A stretch of DNA of 64,000 nucleotides, from positions 1,030-65,029 of the forward strand of contig JBAZKO010000001.1 in NCBI GenBank assembly GCA_041650775.1, given 5' to 3'. The position numbers and the translations under genes were made by a program. The notes below the pieces were generated by a model. That model saw only the letters and a list, made by a program, of their open reading frames with translations, did no database searches and had not been told where the DNA came from. Origin of the DNA: Patescibacteria group bacterium (lineage in GTDB: Bacteria > Patescibacteriota > Patescibacteriia > Patescibacteriales > UBA12465). Below, piece by piece: positions 34,859 through 43,418 of the stretch; within the stretch, counting starts at the first letter, position 1, and every line of letters starts with the position of its first letter.

Positions 34859-35857
34859 TTATTTTTCCGTCAAAAATATTTTTTTAATATCTTTTAAATC
34901 GTTGACCCGCACGAGCCTTTCCCTCAGCTTAGCCGCGCCGGGCAGTCCCTGCGCGTACCAAACCAGATGCTTTCGGAATTCAACGATGCCTGTTTTCCCT
35001 TTTAACTTCTGCACCAAACCGGCCTGATCCAGCGCGATTCTGAAAATCTGCCGCGGTTTTAAATCGATAATCCGGTCGGTTTTAATTTCTTTAAACAGCC
35101 ACGGCCGACCCAAAACGCCGCGCGCCAAGCCCAAGCCCGCGGCGCCGCTTTCTTTTAAAGCCTTTTTAGCGCCCGCTAAATCAGAGACTCCGCCGTTAGC
35201 TAAAATCACTCCTTTAAAAAATTTCCGCGCCGTTTTTATTATTTTTAAATCTGGCGTCCCGGCTAAACCTTGGCTTAAAGTTCGCCCGTGAATCATCACG
35301 GCCGCCAGCGGCAAATCGGAAATATTTTTCAAAAACTTAAGCGCGTCAACTTCACCGGCCCGCGCTCTAATCTTCACGGATACCGGCAAATCCGTATTGG
35401 CCAAGACCGCCTGAAGAACGGCGCGAGAATTTTCCAAATTCTTCATGAGACCGGCGCCGGCATCCTGTTTAACGATCTTATTGGCCGGACAGCCGAAATT
35501 AATATCCAGGCCATCGGGTTTTACTAATTTTGTTATAATCCGCGCCGCCGCCGCGAAATGTTCGGGATTTGAACCGAAAAGCTGGACGACATAATATTTT
35601 TCCTGCCGCCGGTCAAAACGCAAAAGCTCCAAAGTCGCGTTCCGGCGAGTAGCTTTTTTACCGCGAGCGCTCTTTTTTCCGTCTCGGTCGGCGGCGTAAA
35701 AAAGCGCTGTGGCCGAAGCCATCTCGCTATATAAAACATCCGCCCCGTATTTTTTACAAATTTGACGGAAGGCGGAAGCGGTGAACCCGGCCATAGGCGC
35801 GAGTGCTAAAATCGGTTTTTTCCGCTTAGTCAGTTTTTTCCAAAAATTTTTAGGCAT
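34859..35857 (-). CDS. dus: tRNA-dihydrouridine synthase
   Basis: LAPMAGFTASAFRQI, INFGCPANKIV (catalytic Cys) and IANGG blocks. Confidence 0.9.
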   Translation of the reverse strand: MPKNFWKKLTKRKKPILALAPMAGFTASAFRQICKKYGADVLYSEMASATALFYAADRDGKKSARGKKATRRNATLELLRFDRRQEKYYVVQLFGSNPEHFAAAARIITKLVKPDGLDINFGCPANKIVKQDAGAGLMKNLENSRAVLQAVLANTDLPVSVKIRARAGEVDALKFLKNISDLPLAAVMIHGRTLSQGLAGTPDLKIIKTARKFFKGVILANGGVSDLAGAKKALKESGAAGLGLARGVLGRPWLFKEIKTDRIIDLKPRQIFRIALDQAGLVQKLKGKTGIVEFRKHLVWYAQGLPGAAKLRERLVRVNDLKDIKKIFLTEK

Positions 35858-35887
35858 CTTCTTTCTTATTTTAAACTCTTCTTTTTT

Positions 35888-37336
35888 TTATTTTTTATCT
35901 TGGCTCAGCCGGCTTAATTTATAAGCTTCTTTTCCATCTTCAATTAAATATCCGCTCTTCTCTATTTCCAACCGGAGTTTATCCGCTTCTGCCCAATTTT
36001 TTTCAGCGCGAGCAGATTGGCGGCGTCGCACCAGAGATTGGATATCTTCCGGCAAATCAGTTAACCGTAATTCCTCCGCTTCGGCGTCGGCTTTTTCCAA
36101 ACCCAAACCGAAAACTTGGTCAAAATCCAAAATCGTCGCCAATTTATCAGCCGGGCTCAGCTTTGATTTCAGAACCGAAAAAACGACGGCCAAGGCTTTC
36201 GGTAAATTCAGATCATCATTAATCGCCGCCAAGAACTTTTCGGAGAACTTCTTGTCAATCACGCCTTCAGCGTTCTTGAGAGCCGGATCAGCGACCCGAG
36301 CGGCGCGCAAAGCAGAAATCTGAACCAAGAGACTAGCCAGACCCTCCGCCGCCTGCCGCAAATTTTCTTCACTGTACTCCATCGGTTTGCGATAATGAAT
36401 CTGCAAAGCGGCGAAACGATAAGCGAGCGGATTGATTCCTGGCTTTATAAAAGCGTTATCCAGTGTCAAAAAATTAGCGGCGCTTTTAGCCATTTTCTTG
36501 CCGCCGGCAATATTCAAAAACGCGCCATGTAGCCAATAATTAAAAAACTTCTTACCGGTTGCGGCTTCGCTCTGCGCAATTTCGTTGGTATGATGAATAT
36601 TAATATGATCAATGCCACCACAATGAATATCCAGTTCGCCGCTCAGATATTTTAAACTCATCGCCGAACATTCAATATGCCAACCCGGAAAACCTTTACC
36701 CCAAGGAGATTCCCATTCCATCTGACGTTTTACCGCGACGGGCGAAAGTTTCCATAAAGCGAAATCAGTCGGATTCTTCTTTTCTGGATTTTTTTCCACG
36801 CGCGCCCCTTCCCTTAGTTCCGCCAAAGGCAAATGGCTGAGCTTGTTATAATTTTCGATTTTAGCAGTATCAAAATAGAGGCCGTCGGTCGTCCTATAGG
36901 TATAACCTTTTTCCTCTAGGGTCTTAATCAACGCTATTTGTTCCGGAATATTATCCGTCGCCCGGCACCAAATTTTCGGCTCCTCGATATGCAGAGTCGC
37001 CAAATCCTTCCGGAAAGCGGCGGTGAAAAATTCGGCGATTTCCCAGGCGTTCTTTCCTTCCCGCGCCGCGCCAAGTTCCAATTTATCTTCCCCCATATCC
37101 CGGTCGCCGGTCAGATGGCCGACATCGGTGATGTTCATGACATGTTTAACCTCATAGCCGTTATATTCCAGAACGCGCCGCAAAAAATCTTCAAACAGGT
37201 AAGTCCGCAGATTGCCGATATGGGCGAAATTATAAACGGTCGGGCCGCAGGTATACAAGCCGACGACGCCGGCCCGGAGCGGCCGGAATTCTTCCTTATG
37301 GCGCGAAAGCGTATTGTACAAAGATATTACCGGCAT
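35888..37336 (-). CDS. cysS: Cysteine--tRNA ligase
   Basis: [15 protein letters not shown] (HIGH), KMAKS (KMSKS) and WHIECS zinc-site blocks. Confidence 0.95.
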   Translation of the reverse strand: MPVISLYNTLSRHKEEFRPLRAGVVGLYTCGPTVYNFAHIGNLRTYLFEDFLRRVLEYNGYEVKHVMNITDVGHLTGDRDMGEDKLELGAAREGKNAWEIAEFFTAAFRKDLATLHIEEPKIWCRATDNIPEQIALIKTLEEKGYTYRTTDGLYFDTAKIENYNKLSHLPLAELREGARVEKNPEKKNPTDFALWKLSPVAVKRQMEWESPWGKGFPGWHIECSAMSLKYLSGELDIHCGGIDHINIHHTNEIAQSEAATGKKFFNYWLHGAFLNIAGGKKMAKSAANFLTLDNAFIKPGINPLAYRFAALQIHYRKPMEYSEENLRQAAEGLASLLVQISALRAARVADPALKNAEGVIDKKFSEKFLAAINDDLNLPKALAVVFSVLKSKLSPADKLATILDFDQVFGLGLEKADAEAEELRLTDLPEDIQSLVRRRQSARAEKNWAEADKLRLEIEKSGYLIEDGKEAYKLSRLSQDKK

Positions 37337-37400
37337 ATTTAGCGCTTTAATTCATTAACGAATTTTTCCAACTTATCACCATAACTATCTTGTCCTTAAA

Positions 37401-37577
37401 TTATTGTTCCAACTCTTGAAAACGATTCTTATATTTCGGCTCTTTCCGTTTCTTATCCGAGTGAATCCGCCCTTTAAGCGAACCGGCTTTCCCTGCTTCC
37501 CAAGCCGAACGGCCGAACGCGCGAACCGCCGCTTTCTTAAGATCCGTCTCTTTAATCTTTATTATTTCTTTGCTCAT
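37401..37577 (-). CDS. Small basic hypothetical protein (58 aa), below the ORF-track size cutoff
   Basis: My translation: MSKEIIKIKETDLKKAAVRAFGRSAWEAGKAGSLKGRIHSDKKRKEPKYKNRFQELEQ. A GGAGAG sits 8 nt upstream of the ATG. It fills an otherwise empty gap on the dominant strand. Confidence 0.4.
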   Translation of the reverse strand: MSKEIIKIKETDLKKAAVRAFGRSAWEAGKAGSLKGRIHSDKKRKEPKYKNRFQELEQ

Positions 37578-37593
37578 ATTTCAATCTCTCCGA

Positions 37594-38190
37594 CTAAAAT
37601 ATAAATTTCCCTTCACTGCTTATTTCCCGCCGCTTTTTCCGGTCGGACGGGAACTCTGCCGCCCGCAGTTTTTCCGGCAAATCCTCCTTATCGCCTGGGC
37701 GACCGACGGCAATCATTGCCGCTATTTCATAAGCGGCAGGAATATTCAAATTAAAACGCGCGGCTTCATAATCAAACCCGCTCATCGCATGAGCGATTAA
37801 ACCGCGGCTGACCGCTTCCAGGGCCAAATTTTCCCAGGCGGCGCCGGCGTCGAAAAGAGCGGTTCGGTTGGGCTGATCGTTATAAGCAAAATTCTTCTGC
37901 GCCAAAATCAAAATCAAAACCGCCGCTTTTTTAACCCAAATCTGATTCGGCGCGGCTAAAACGGAAAATAATTTTTCCCAATCCGGCGTGTTATTCTTAA
38001 CATAAATAAAACGCCAAGGCTGAGCATTATAAGCGGATGGCGCCCATTTGGCGGCCTCGAACAAGGCCATTAATTCCTCTTCGCTCACCGGTTCGCCGCT
38101 TAAGGCCCGCGGCGACCAACGCCACAAAAGAAGCGGATTGATTTCTCTCTCCGGCTGGCGAAATTCTTTTATGTTGAGATCTTCAGCCAT
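37594..38190 (-). CDS. Nitroreductase family protein
   Basis: RWSPRAL...APSAYNAQPWRFIYV, the typical nitroreductase N-terminal block. 198 aa. Confidence 0.85.
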   Translation of the reverse strand: MAEDLNIKEFRQPEREINPLLLWRWSPRALSGEPVSEEELMALFEAAKWAPSAYNAQPWRFIYVKNNTPDWEKLFSVLAAPNQIWVKKAAVLILILAQKNFAYNDQPNRTALFDAGAAWENLALEAVSRGLIAHAMSGFDYEAARFNLNIPAAYEIAAMIAVGRPGDKEDLPEKLRAAEFPSDRKKRREISSEGKFIF

Positions 38191-38196
38191 ATAATT

Positions 38197-38273
38197 TGGT
38201 GGTCGTTAGTGGACTCGAACCACTGACCTCCGCGATGTGAACGCGGCGCTCTAACCAACTGAGCCAAACGACC
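38197..38273 (-). tRNA. tRNA-Val (anticodon CAC), CCA encoded
   Basis: Manual cloverleaf: acceptor stem GGTCGTT/AACGACC, D arm GCTC..GAGC, anticodon stem CCGCG/CGCGG with loop TTCACAT, T arm AGTGG-TTCGAGT-CCACT, then ACCA at the 3' end. Confidence 0.9.
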
Positions 38274-38300
38274 GATTCGTCGGCAACCCCGTCCGTTCGT

Positions 38301-38531
38301 CTATTCTTCCGGACCGCTATAGTCGACGCCCACAATCGTAATCAGCTCGTCGGTAATCTTGATATGCCGTTTCTCATCCGCGATAATTTCTCGCAAATCC
38401 TCTTTATCTTCTTCATTATCCACTAATTCCAAAAGTTCGGAACAAAGAGCCAAAGCGCGTTTTTCGCTTTCCAGACCCTTTTCCAGATTGCCTAAAATGC
38501 CGGATTTGGTCATGTTGCATTGCTTGTCCAT
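38301..38531 (-). CDS. Small two-helix protein, ferritin/rubrerythrin-like half (paralog B)
   Basis: 76 aa with LEKGLESEKRALALCSELLEL and IIADEKRHIKI (ExxH). Aligns along its length with the upstream 74-aa ORF. Confidence 0.5.
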   Translation of the reverse strand: MDKQCNMTKSGILGNLEKGLESEKRALALCSELLELVDNEEDKEDLREIIADEKRHIKITDELITIVGVDYSGPEE

Positions 38532-38532
38532 A

Positions 38533-38757
38533 TTATTTGTAATTAGCTTTAATCTTGTCGATCATCAGGCGATGCTTGCGCGATTCGTCAGCCAAAATTT
38601 TCATCTTAGCGCGGATTTCCGGACCTTGTTCCGCCGGAAAACAATTTTCCACGCCCAAACCGAGCAGTGTATCGTACAGCCAAATTAAACTGCTTTCCGT
38701 CTCCTCTTCGGCTTCCAGTTTAAGTAATAATTCGGCGCGGGTTTTTACTTGTTCCAT
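38533..38757 (-). CDS. Small two-helix protein, ferritin/rubrerythrin-like half (paralog A)
   Basis: 74 aa with LEAEEETESSLIWLYDTLLGL and ILADESRKHRLMI. Its stop is 1 nt from the start of paralog B. Confidence 0.5.
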   Translation of the reverse strand: MEQVKTRAELLLKLEAEEETESSLIWLYDTLLGLGVENCFPAEQGPEIRAKMKILADESRKHRLMIDKIKANYK

Positions 38758-38784
38758 ATATTTTTATATTATTAGGCCTTATTT

Positions 38785-38871
38785 TGGTGCCCGGAGGGGG
38801 ATTTGAACCCCCAAGGGATTGCTCCCGCAGCGTTCTGAACACTGTGTGTCTACCAATTTCACCATCCGGGC
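38785..38871 (-). tRNA. tRNA-Leu (anticodon CAG), long variable arm, CCA encoded
   Basis: Manual cloverleaf: acceptor stem GCCCGGA/TCCGGGC, anticodon stem CAGTG/CGCTG with loop TTCAGAA, variable arm CGGGAGCAATCCCTT, T arm GGGGG-TTCAAAT-CCCCC, then ACCA. Confidence 0.9.
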
Positions 38872-38931
38872 GTCTGAATATAGTTTGCCATAAAAATTTG
38901 GGGTTGTAAATGACTAAAAGTCGTCCGAAAG

Positions 38932-38961
38932 TTGACAAAGGTCTTTAATATATACTAATAT
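38932..38961 (+). promoter_or_regulatory. Candidate promoter for the 39007 ORF
   Basis: TTGACA (38932-38937), an 18-nt spacer, then TAATAT (38956-38961). Confidence 0.4.
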
Positions 38962-39006
38962 CTATTCAGTAGAATTAACATCAGTGTTTAACGAAAAAAT
39001 AAGAAG

Positions 39007-39312
39007 ATGAATAAGAAAAGTTTTAACGCTTACTACCAAGGGCCGGTAATAGTGGTAAAAAATTCCGCCCGCTACAAAGACGGCGAAGTTCTGATTTCAA
39101 TCGGTGAAAAAGTCGGCGGTCGGATAAAGAACGTCAAATCGGTGGATATTAATGAGCTTTCGATGGATGAAAATCTAAGAAGCCTGATAATAAAAACCGT
39201 CTTGAACACCGCTCGAAAAAACGGTTTAATCGAAAAAAAACCAATCAAACCGATTAAAATCGCGCCTGCCCATTATTTTCCCCAATTCGGTAAGCAAATG
39301 CAATTAACTTAA
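39007..39312 (+). CDS. Hypothetical protein (101 aa)
   Basis: The ORF has a promoter-like element upstream and a strong terminator downstream. No motif recognised. Confidence 0.45.
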   Translation: MNKKSFNAYYQGPVIVVKNSARYKDGEVLISIGEKVGGRIKNVKSVDINELSMDENLRSLIIKTVLNTARKNGLIEKKPIKPIKIAPAHYFPQFGKQMQLT

Positions 39313-39332
39313 ATTTTGTTTAAACACATCAG

Positions 39333-39364
39333 AGCCAACCGGACCATATTCGGTTGGCTTTTTT
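39333..39364 (+). terminator. Rho-independent terminator
   Basis: AGCCAACCG, a 9-nt loop, then CGGTTGGCT, followed by TTTTT. Confidence 0.7.
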
Positions 39365-39415
39365 CTTTTCCGGATAATTCGTTTCTGGACGTCGATTCCG
39401 TGATATAATGTAATT

Positions 39416-40039
39416 ATGCTCAATCTTGATACCGAACAACTATATTTTAACCAAGGCTATAAACTCATTGCCGGCGTGGACGAAGCCGGACGCGGGCCGT
39501 TGGCCGGGCCGGTCGTGGCCGCCGCCGTGGTTATCGGGCCGGATTTTAAAATCGATGACGCCGATCTAGAACTCGTCGCCGATTCCAAAAAACTGACGCC
39601 GGCACGGCGAGAAAAACTTTTCGGCATCATTAAGACCAAAGCACTGGCGGTGGAAATCGGCCTGGCGGACAATGAAACTATTGATAGAATAAATATCCTG
39701 CAAGCCAGCTTTCTAGCCATGCGGCGGGCGATTTTCAAATTAACGGTCGAACCGGATTATGTTCTGACCGACGGGAAATTCCAGATTCCCAAACTGAATA
39801 AACCGCAAACGGCGATTATCTCGGGAGACGCGAAAGTCTGGACTATCGCCGCCGCCTCCATAATTGCCAAAGTCAGTCGCGACTGGCTGATGCGCGAACT
39901 GGATAAAAAGTATCCCGAGTATCTGTTCGCGAAACACAAAGGCTACGGCACGAAACTGCATCTGGAGATGATTGAAACTTACGGCCCCTGTTCTATCCAC
40001 CGCCGAAGTTTCGCGCCGATAAAAAACCTGATAAAATAA
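39416..40039 (+). CDS. rnhB: Ribonuclease HII
   Basis: GVDEAGRGPLAGPVVAAAV, DSKKLT and IIAKV blocks. 207 aa. Confidence 0.95.
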   Translation: MLNLDTEQLYFNQGYKLIAGVDEAGRGPLAGPVVAAAVVIGPDFKIDDADLELVADSKKLTPARREKLFGIIKTKALAVEIGLADNETIDRINILQASFLAMRRAIFKLTVEPDYVLTDGKFQIPKLNKPQTAIISGDAKVWTIAAASIIAKVSRDWLMRELDKKYPEYLFAKHKGYGTKLHLEMIETYGPCSIHRRSFAPIKNLIK

Positions 40040-40053
40040 TAAGTTCCCAAAAC

Positions 40054-40084
40054 AAAAGACCCTTCGATACCGAAGGGTCTTTTT
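40054..40084. terminator. Bidirectional rho-independent terminator between convergent genes
   Basis: AAAA, then GACCCTTCG-ATAC-CGAAGGGTC, then TTTTT. Confidence 0.7.
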
Positions 40085-40105
40085 AGTATTTCCAATCGCT
40101 TAGAA

Positions 40106-41302
40106 TTACTTAACTTCTTCCACGGAAATCTGGCGTAAGTTGTCGTTGGTAATGCCTAAGCCCAGAGTCCGCATAACGCTGAAAGCGTCAGCCGGACGGC
40201 CGAGATAATGCATCTTCAAATCAACCGGATTTACGTAGTAAGCCTTGCCATGATCTTCGACTTTCAAGAGGATGCGGCCGGCTAATCTAACCGGGGCCTT
40301 GCCCTTATAAGAGTCGAAATTCTTGTTGTTGATGCCTAAACCTAATTTACGCATTATGTTGAAAGCATCAGCCGGACGGCCTAAGAAATATTTGGCCTGA
40401 TTAACCGGATTAACATACCAAGCTTCGCCTTTGCTCTGGACCTGCAATAAAATGCGGCCAGCCAAACGCTTAGCTAAAGCCTTATTAATCTTCTTAACCA
40501 GATTCTTTTCCGTCGCGATGAAACTGGCAGTATTACCGGAACCGCCGGAAATTACTCCTTCGCCGGTTACCGTCACGGTCGTCGCCTCGTCGATGACGCC
40601 GCAAACTTTCTTCGCCGCTTCCTGTTGAGCCGCGGTCAAAGTGCAGTTGTTCGGCGTGCGAGAAATGATACCGCGATACTGGTAGCCCGCAAAGCAAGCT
40701 ACGGCATAATCGCCATAGGTAACACTGGAGCAGATCGAGGTCGAACTGCCGCCACCGCCTCCACCACCGCCCGAACTAGCCGTAATCGCACCGGTCGCGG
40801 TGTAATCTATCGGCTTGGTATAATTAGCCGCATCCGCGCCGCCGAGGGTATAAACAACCGTAATGGTTTTGCTCGCTCCCACGGTCGCCGAGTTATAAGT
40901 CGCCGCCGCAGTAACCGTTACGGTCTCGCCGCTAGCTACTCCAACCAAAGTGCCGGCGGTTACGGCCGCAGTCGTATTACCGTCATATACTTTTGATGTC
41001 GTTAACGTCGGAGTCGTAATCGTCAATTGAGTCAACGCGCGCTGACCATAACCATAATCATACTCATAATCGGTGTTTGTAGCGCTACCGCCGATACGAT
41101 AGCCATTGGAGTTATCATCATAATCTTCGCCATAGCCGTAGCCATAGCCATAACCCCAACCGACAGGATCACCTGTTTCACGGGTGAATTGCGCGTACAA
41201 ATTCGGACCGAAAACCAGAGCGAAAACGCCGACGACCAAAAAGCCGAAAATCGCCTTCGCTAGCTTACTTTCCGAAAAAATAAAACTTTTTATTTTTTTC
41301 AT
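40106..41302 (-). CDS. Secreted adhesin-like protein: Tyr/Gly-rich segment, YDG/MBG-type Ig-like domain, poly-Gly linker, 4-Cys domain and two C-terminal GRILL-type repeats
   Basis: Signal/TM segment FGFLVVGVFALVF. GYGYGYGYGEDYDD. KVYDGNTTAAV...GGADAANYT (YDG/MBG-like). SSGGGGGGGSS. Tandem modules at aa 282-389. Confidence 0.7.
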   Translation of the reverse strand: MKKIKSFIFSESKLAKAIFGFLVVGVFALVFGPNLYAQFTRETGDPVGWGYGYGYGYGEDYDDNSNGYRIGGSATNTDYEYDYGYGQRALTQLTITTPTLTTSKVYDGNTTAAVTAGTLVGVASGETVTVTAAATYNSATVGASKTITVVYTLGGADAANYTKPIDYTATGAITASSGGGGGGGGSSTSICSSVTYGDYAVACFAGYQYRGIISRTPNNCTLTAAQQEAAKKVCGVIDEATTVTVTGEGVISGGSGNTASFIATEKNLVKKINKALAKRLAGRILLQVQSKGEAWYVNPVNQAKYFLGRPADAFNIMRKLGLGINNKNFDSYKGKAPVRLAGRILLKVEDHGKAYYVNPVDLKMHYLGRPADAFSVMRTLGLGITNDNLRQISVEEVK

Positions 41303-41482
41303 TTTTTTAATTTAGATATTGTTTAAAAATAATTATAAAATTACGTAATTTTCGTAATCATTTTTAAACGGATTTATTTTAATTCGACCTTTATACAGAA
41401 ATTATACTCCTTTTTAGTTTTCATAACAACCGATTTTTGTCAAAAGTTATCCACAGGAGACCGAATAAACTAAACTACTATT

Positions 41483-42148
41483 TCATTCAATATTAGCGGC
41501 CCTTTCCCGTTTATTATCACGGTATAGTTCCCTGATTTGCGTCAAGGCGGTAATGACTAAAAAGTAGTAAGCGTAAATGGCAAAAATTTCAGCTAAAACA
41601 TCTTTTTTAAAAATCAAAAAGAAGGGACAAGAAACTAAAAAAACAAGAGCCGCACCGGCGGCATAGCGGCTATCAAGAATGAAGAGAAAAGAAATTAGGC
41701 CGTAAAGCAAAATTAAAAATTCCAGCGGATTAATATATTTAAACAGCGAGAAAACCAAAACTAAAACTACAACTGCGACTTTCAACCAGTCGCATTTTTT
41801 GACTAACGCTAGTCTCCGCCAAGCCCAGGAAAAAAAATTTTGTGTTTTATTCCGAGTCAGGATTAAAAAAAATTTTAAAGCTCCTTTCCAGGAATGAGCG
41901 GAAAAATAATTAAAAATCCGGAGGTGGGAGACAAGAATAAATAAAAGTGTAAATAAAACTACGGCCGAATGAAAAGCCGGCCAGAAAAAAAACGAGCGCC
42001 AAGTTTTCGACCATAAGGAAATAAACAAAGCCAAAAAATAAAATCCCAAAAAATAAGGATAGAATTTCCTGACTTTGTCGGCCAATTCCGCGCCCAAAAT
42101 CTTCCGGTCAATCTTCTCTTGATTTTTTTCTTCAATTTTAGTGGACAT
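41483..42148 (-). CDS. Hypothetical polytopic membrane protein
   Basis: About 6 hydrophobic helices. Overlaps the flippase gene by 11 nt. No motif recognised. Confidence 0.5.
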   Translation of the reverse strand: MSTKIEEKNQEKIDRKILGAELADKVRKFYPYFLGFYFLALFISLWSKTWRSFFFWPAFHSAVVLFTLLFILVSHLRIFNYFSAHSWKGALKFFLILTRNKTQNFFSWAWRRLALVKKCDWLKVAVVVLVLVFSLFKYINPLEFLILLYGLISFLFILDSRYAAGAALVFLVSCPFFLIFKKDVLAEIFAIYAYYFLVITALTQIRELYRDNKRERAANIE

Positions 42149-43418
42149 ATTTTTTTCGATCGGTTAAATAATCAGACCAGCATAAACCCAGTAAAAATAA
42201 ACTAAGGCCGCCGAAAATCAGAACCAAAGACCAAACTATCTGCCAAAGATCGGTGTGGAAAAGGCTGATTAGGATAATTTCAGCCGCCGCGCCTAAAGTT
42301 AAAATGACCAGACCGGAACGGCGGGAGAGAGCCAAAAAATATTGAGCCAGAACCGTCAGCAAAGTCAGAGCCAACATCGCCCAAGCGAAAACCGGCAGGT
42401 ACGGAGCGAGTGCCAGATATTTAACCCCGACCACAAGCTTAATAACGAACTCCGGAAAAATAGAAATAAACAGCGCGGCCGGAACCGCTAAAAGCGCCAT
42501 CAGCCCCAAAGATTTAGCTAGGACGAAATACTTGCGGGAACTGAAGTCGTCTTTCAGGCCGGCAATCACCGGGAACATTACCAAAGGCACGGAACTGCCG
42601 ATGAAAAAAACTATTCGGCCGATAGTAAGAAGCGCACCGTAAAGACCGGCCTCTTCCGGTGAAAAAAAATATTTGACGAACAGCATATCGAAATTATAAA
42701 AAAACTGCGACAGCACGGTGAACCATAAGACCAAAGAAGCGTAGCGCCAAATCTTATTGAAAGAACCGGAAAAATCTTTGGCTACAGCCGGCAGGCCGAC
42801 TCGCTTAATCTGCCAAAAACTGAAAATAAAAGACGGTAGGCTACTTAACCCTAGGGCGAAAGAAGCGCCGATAAATCCGAACGGCCAAAATATCACTAAA
42901 GCGACTATTAACAACAAGCGACTTAGAGCATCCAAAAAACTACTGAAAGACAGAGCGGAAAAATATTGGCGGCCGGTTAAAAGCGCACGATTGACTATCA
43001 AGGGGAAAGTATAAACCAGGCTCAAAGCGGCGATGACGATAGTCACCGGCCGGCTGATTTTAAACAGCTCATTAAAAAATCCGGAGAACACCGCGACCAG
43101 CGCGAATAAAATAATCCCCAGATAAAAAAGGCGGCTGGTGGCGCGGCGGCGCAGGGATTTTATCTCTTCCGGCGCGGCGACCGACAAAACCGAAAATTCT
43201 TTAGTGAACGCTGTATTTATTACCACACCGATAATTCCCAGAACCGTCAGGAAAGACAGAAGCGCCTGATAGTCGCCGTATTCCGGAATCGTCAGGCGGC
43301 GCGTCAAAAGCGGATGAACCAGATAATTCAAAGCGGACGACAAAAAAGTGACCACCGTCAAAACAAAAGTCCCGCGCACGAATTTATCGGTCAGTAGTGT
43401 TTTAAGATTTAATTTCAT
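42138..43418 (-). CDS. Polysaccharide flippase (Wzx/MOP superfamily)
   Basis: 426 aa with about 12 TM helices and a composition typical of oligosaccharide flippases. Lies in a glycan-locus context. Confidence 0.7.
   Translation of the reverse strand: MKLNLKTLLTDKFVRGTFVLTVVTFLSSALNYLVHPLLTRRLTIPEYGDYQALLSFLTVLGIIGVVINTAFTKEFSVLSVAAPEEIKSLRRRATSRLFYLGIILFALVAVFSGFFNELFKISRPVTIVIAALSLVYTFPLIVNRALLTGRQYFSALSFSSFLDALSRLLLIVALVIFWPFGFIGASFALGLSSLPSFIFSFWQIKRVGLPAVAKDFSGSFNKIWRYASLVLWFTVLSQFFYNFDMLFVKYFFSPEEAGLYGALLTIGRIVFFIGSSVPLVMFPVIAGLKDDFSSRKYFVLAKSLGLMALLAVPAALFISIFPEFVIKLVVGVKYLALAPYLPVFAWAMLALTLLTVLAQYFLALSRRSGLVILTLGAAAEIILISLFHTDLWQIVWSLVLIFGGLSLFLLGLCWSDYLTDRKKYVH

Noticed and set aside
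37404-37800. Plus-strand ORFs at 37404-37604 (66 aa) and 37570-37800 (76 aa).
   Set aside because: They lie antisense to the nitroreductase gene and to the better-supported 58-aa minus-strand ORF. Both have a Phe/Leu/Arg-rich composition typical of antisense frames.
38720-38938. A 72-aa minus-strand ORF in the ORF track.
   Set aside because: It overlaps tRNA-Leu (38785-38871) almost completely and is an artefact of translating the tRNA gene.
41337-41352. A perfect 16-nt palindrome, AAAATTACGTAATTTT, followed by a partial repeat (TCGTAAT), seen as a possible operator.
   Set aside because: It is made almost entirely of A and T in an AT-rich spacer, where such palindromes arise easily. No second site or cognate regulator is evident. 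I mention it only within the adhesin finding.
41447-41455. A perfect DnaA-box consensus, TTATCCACA, in the AT-rich intergenic region upstream of the adhesin-like gene.
   Set aside because: It is a single copy. A given 9-mer is expected about 0.5 times by chance in 64 kb counting both strands. There is no cluster of boxes and no dnaA or dnaN nearby. Gene orientation does not switch here, so there is no support for an origin.
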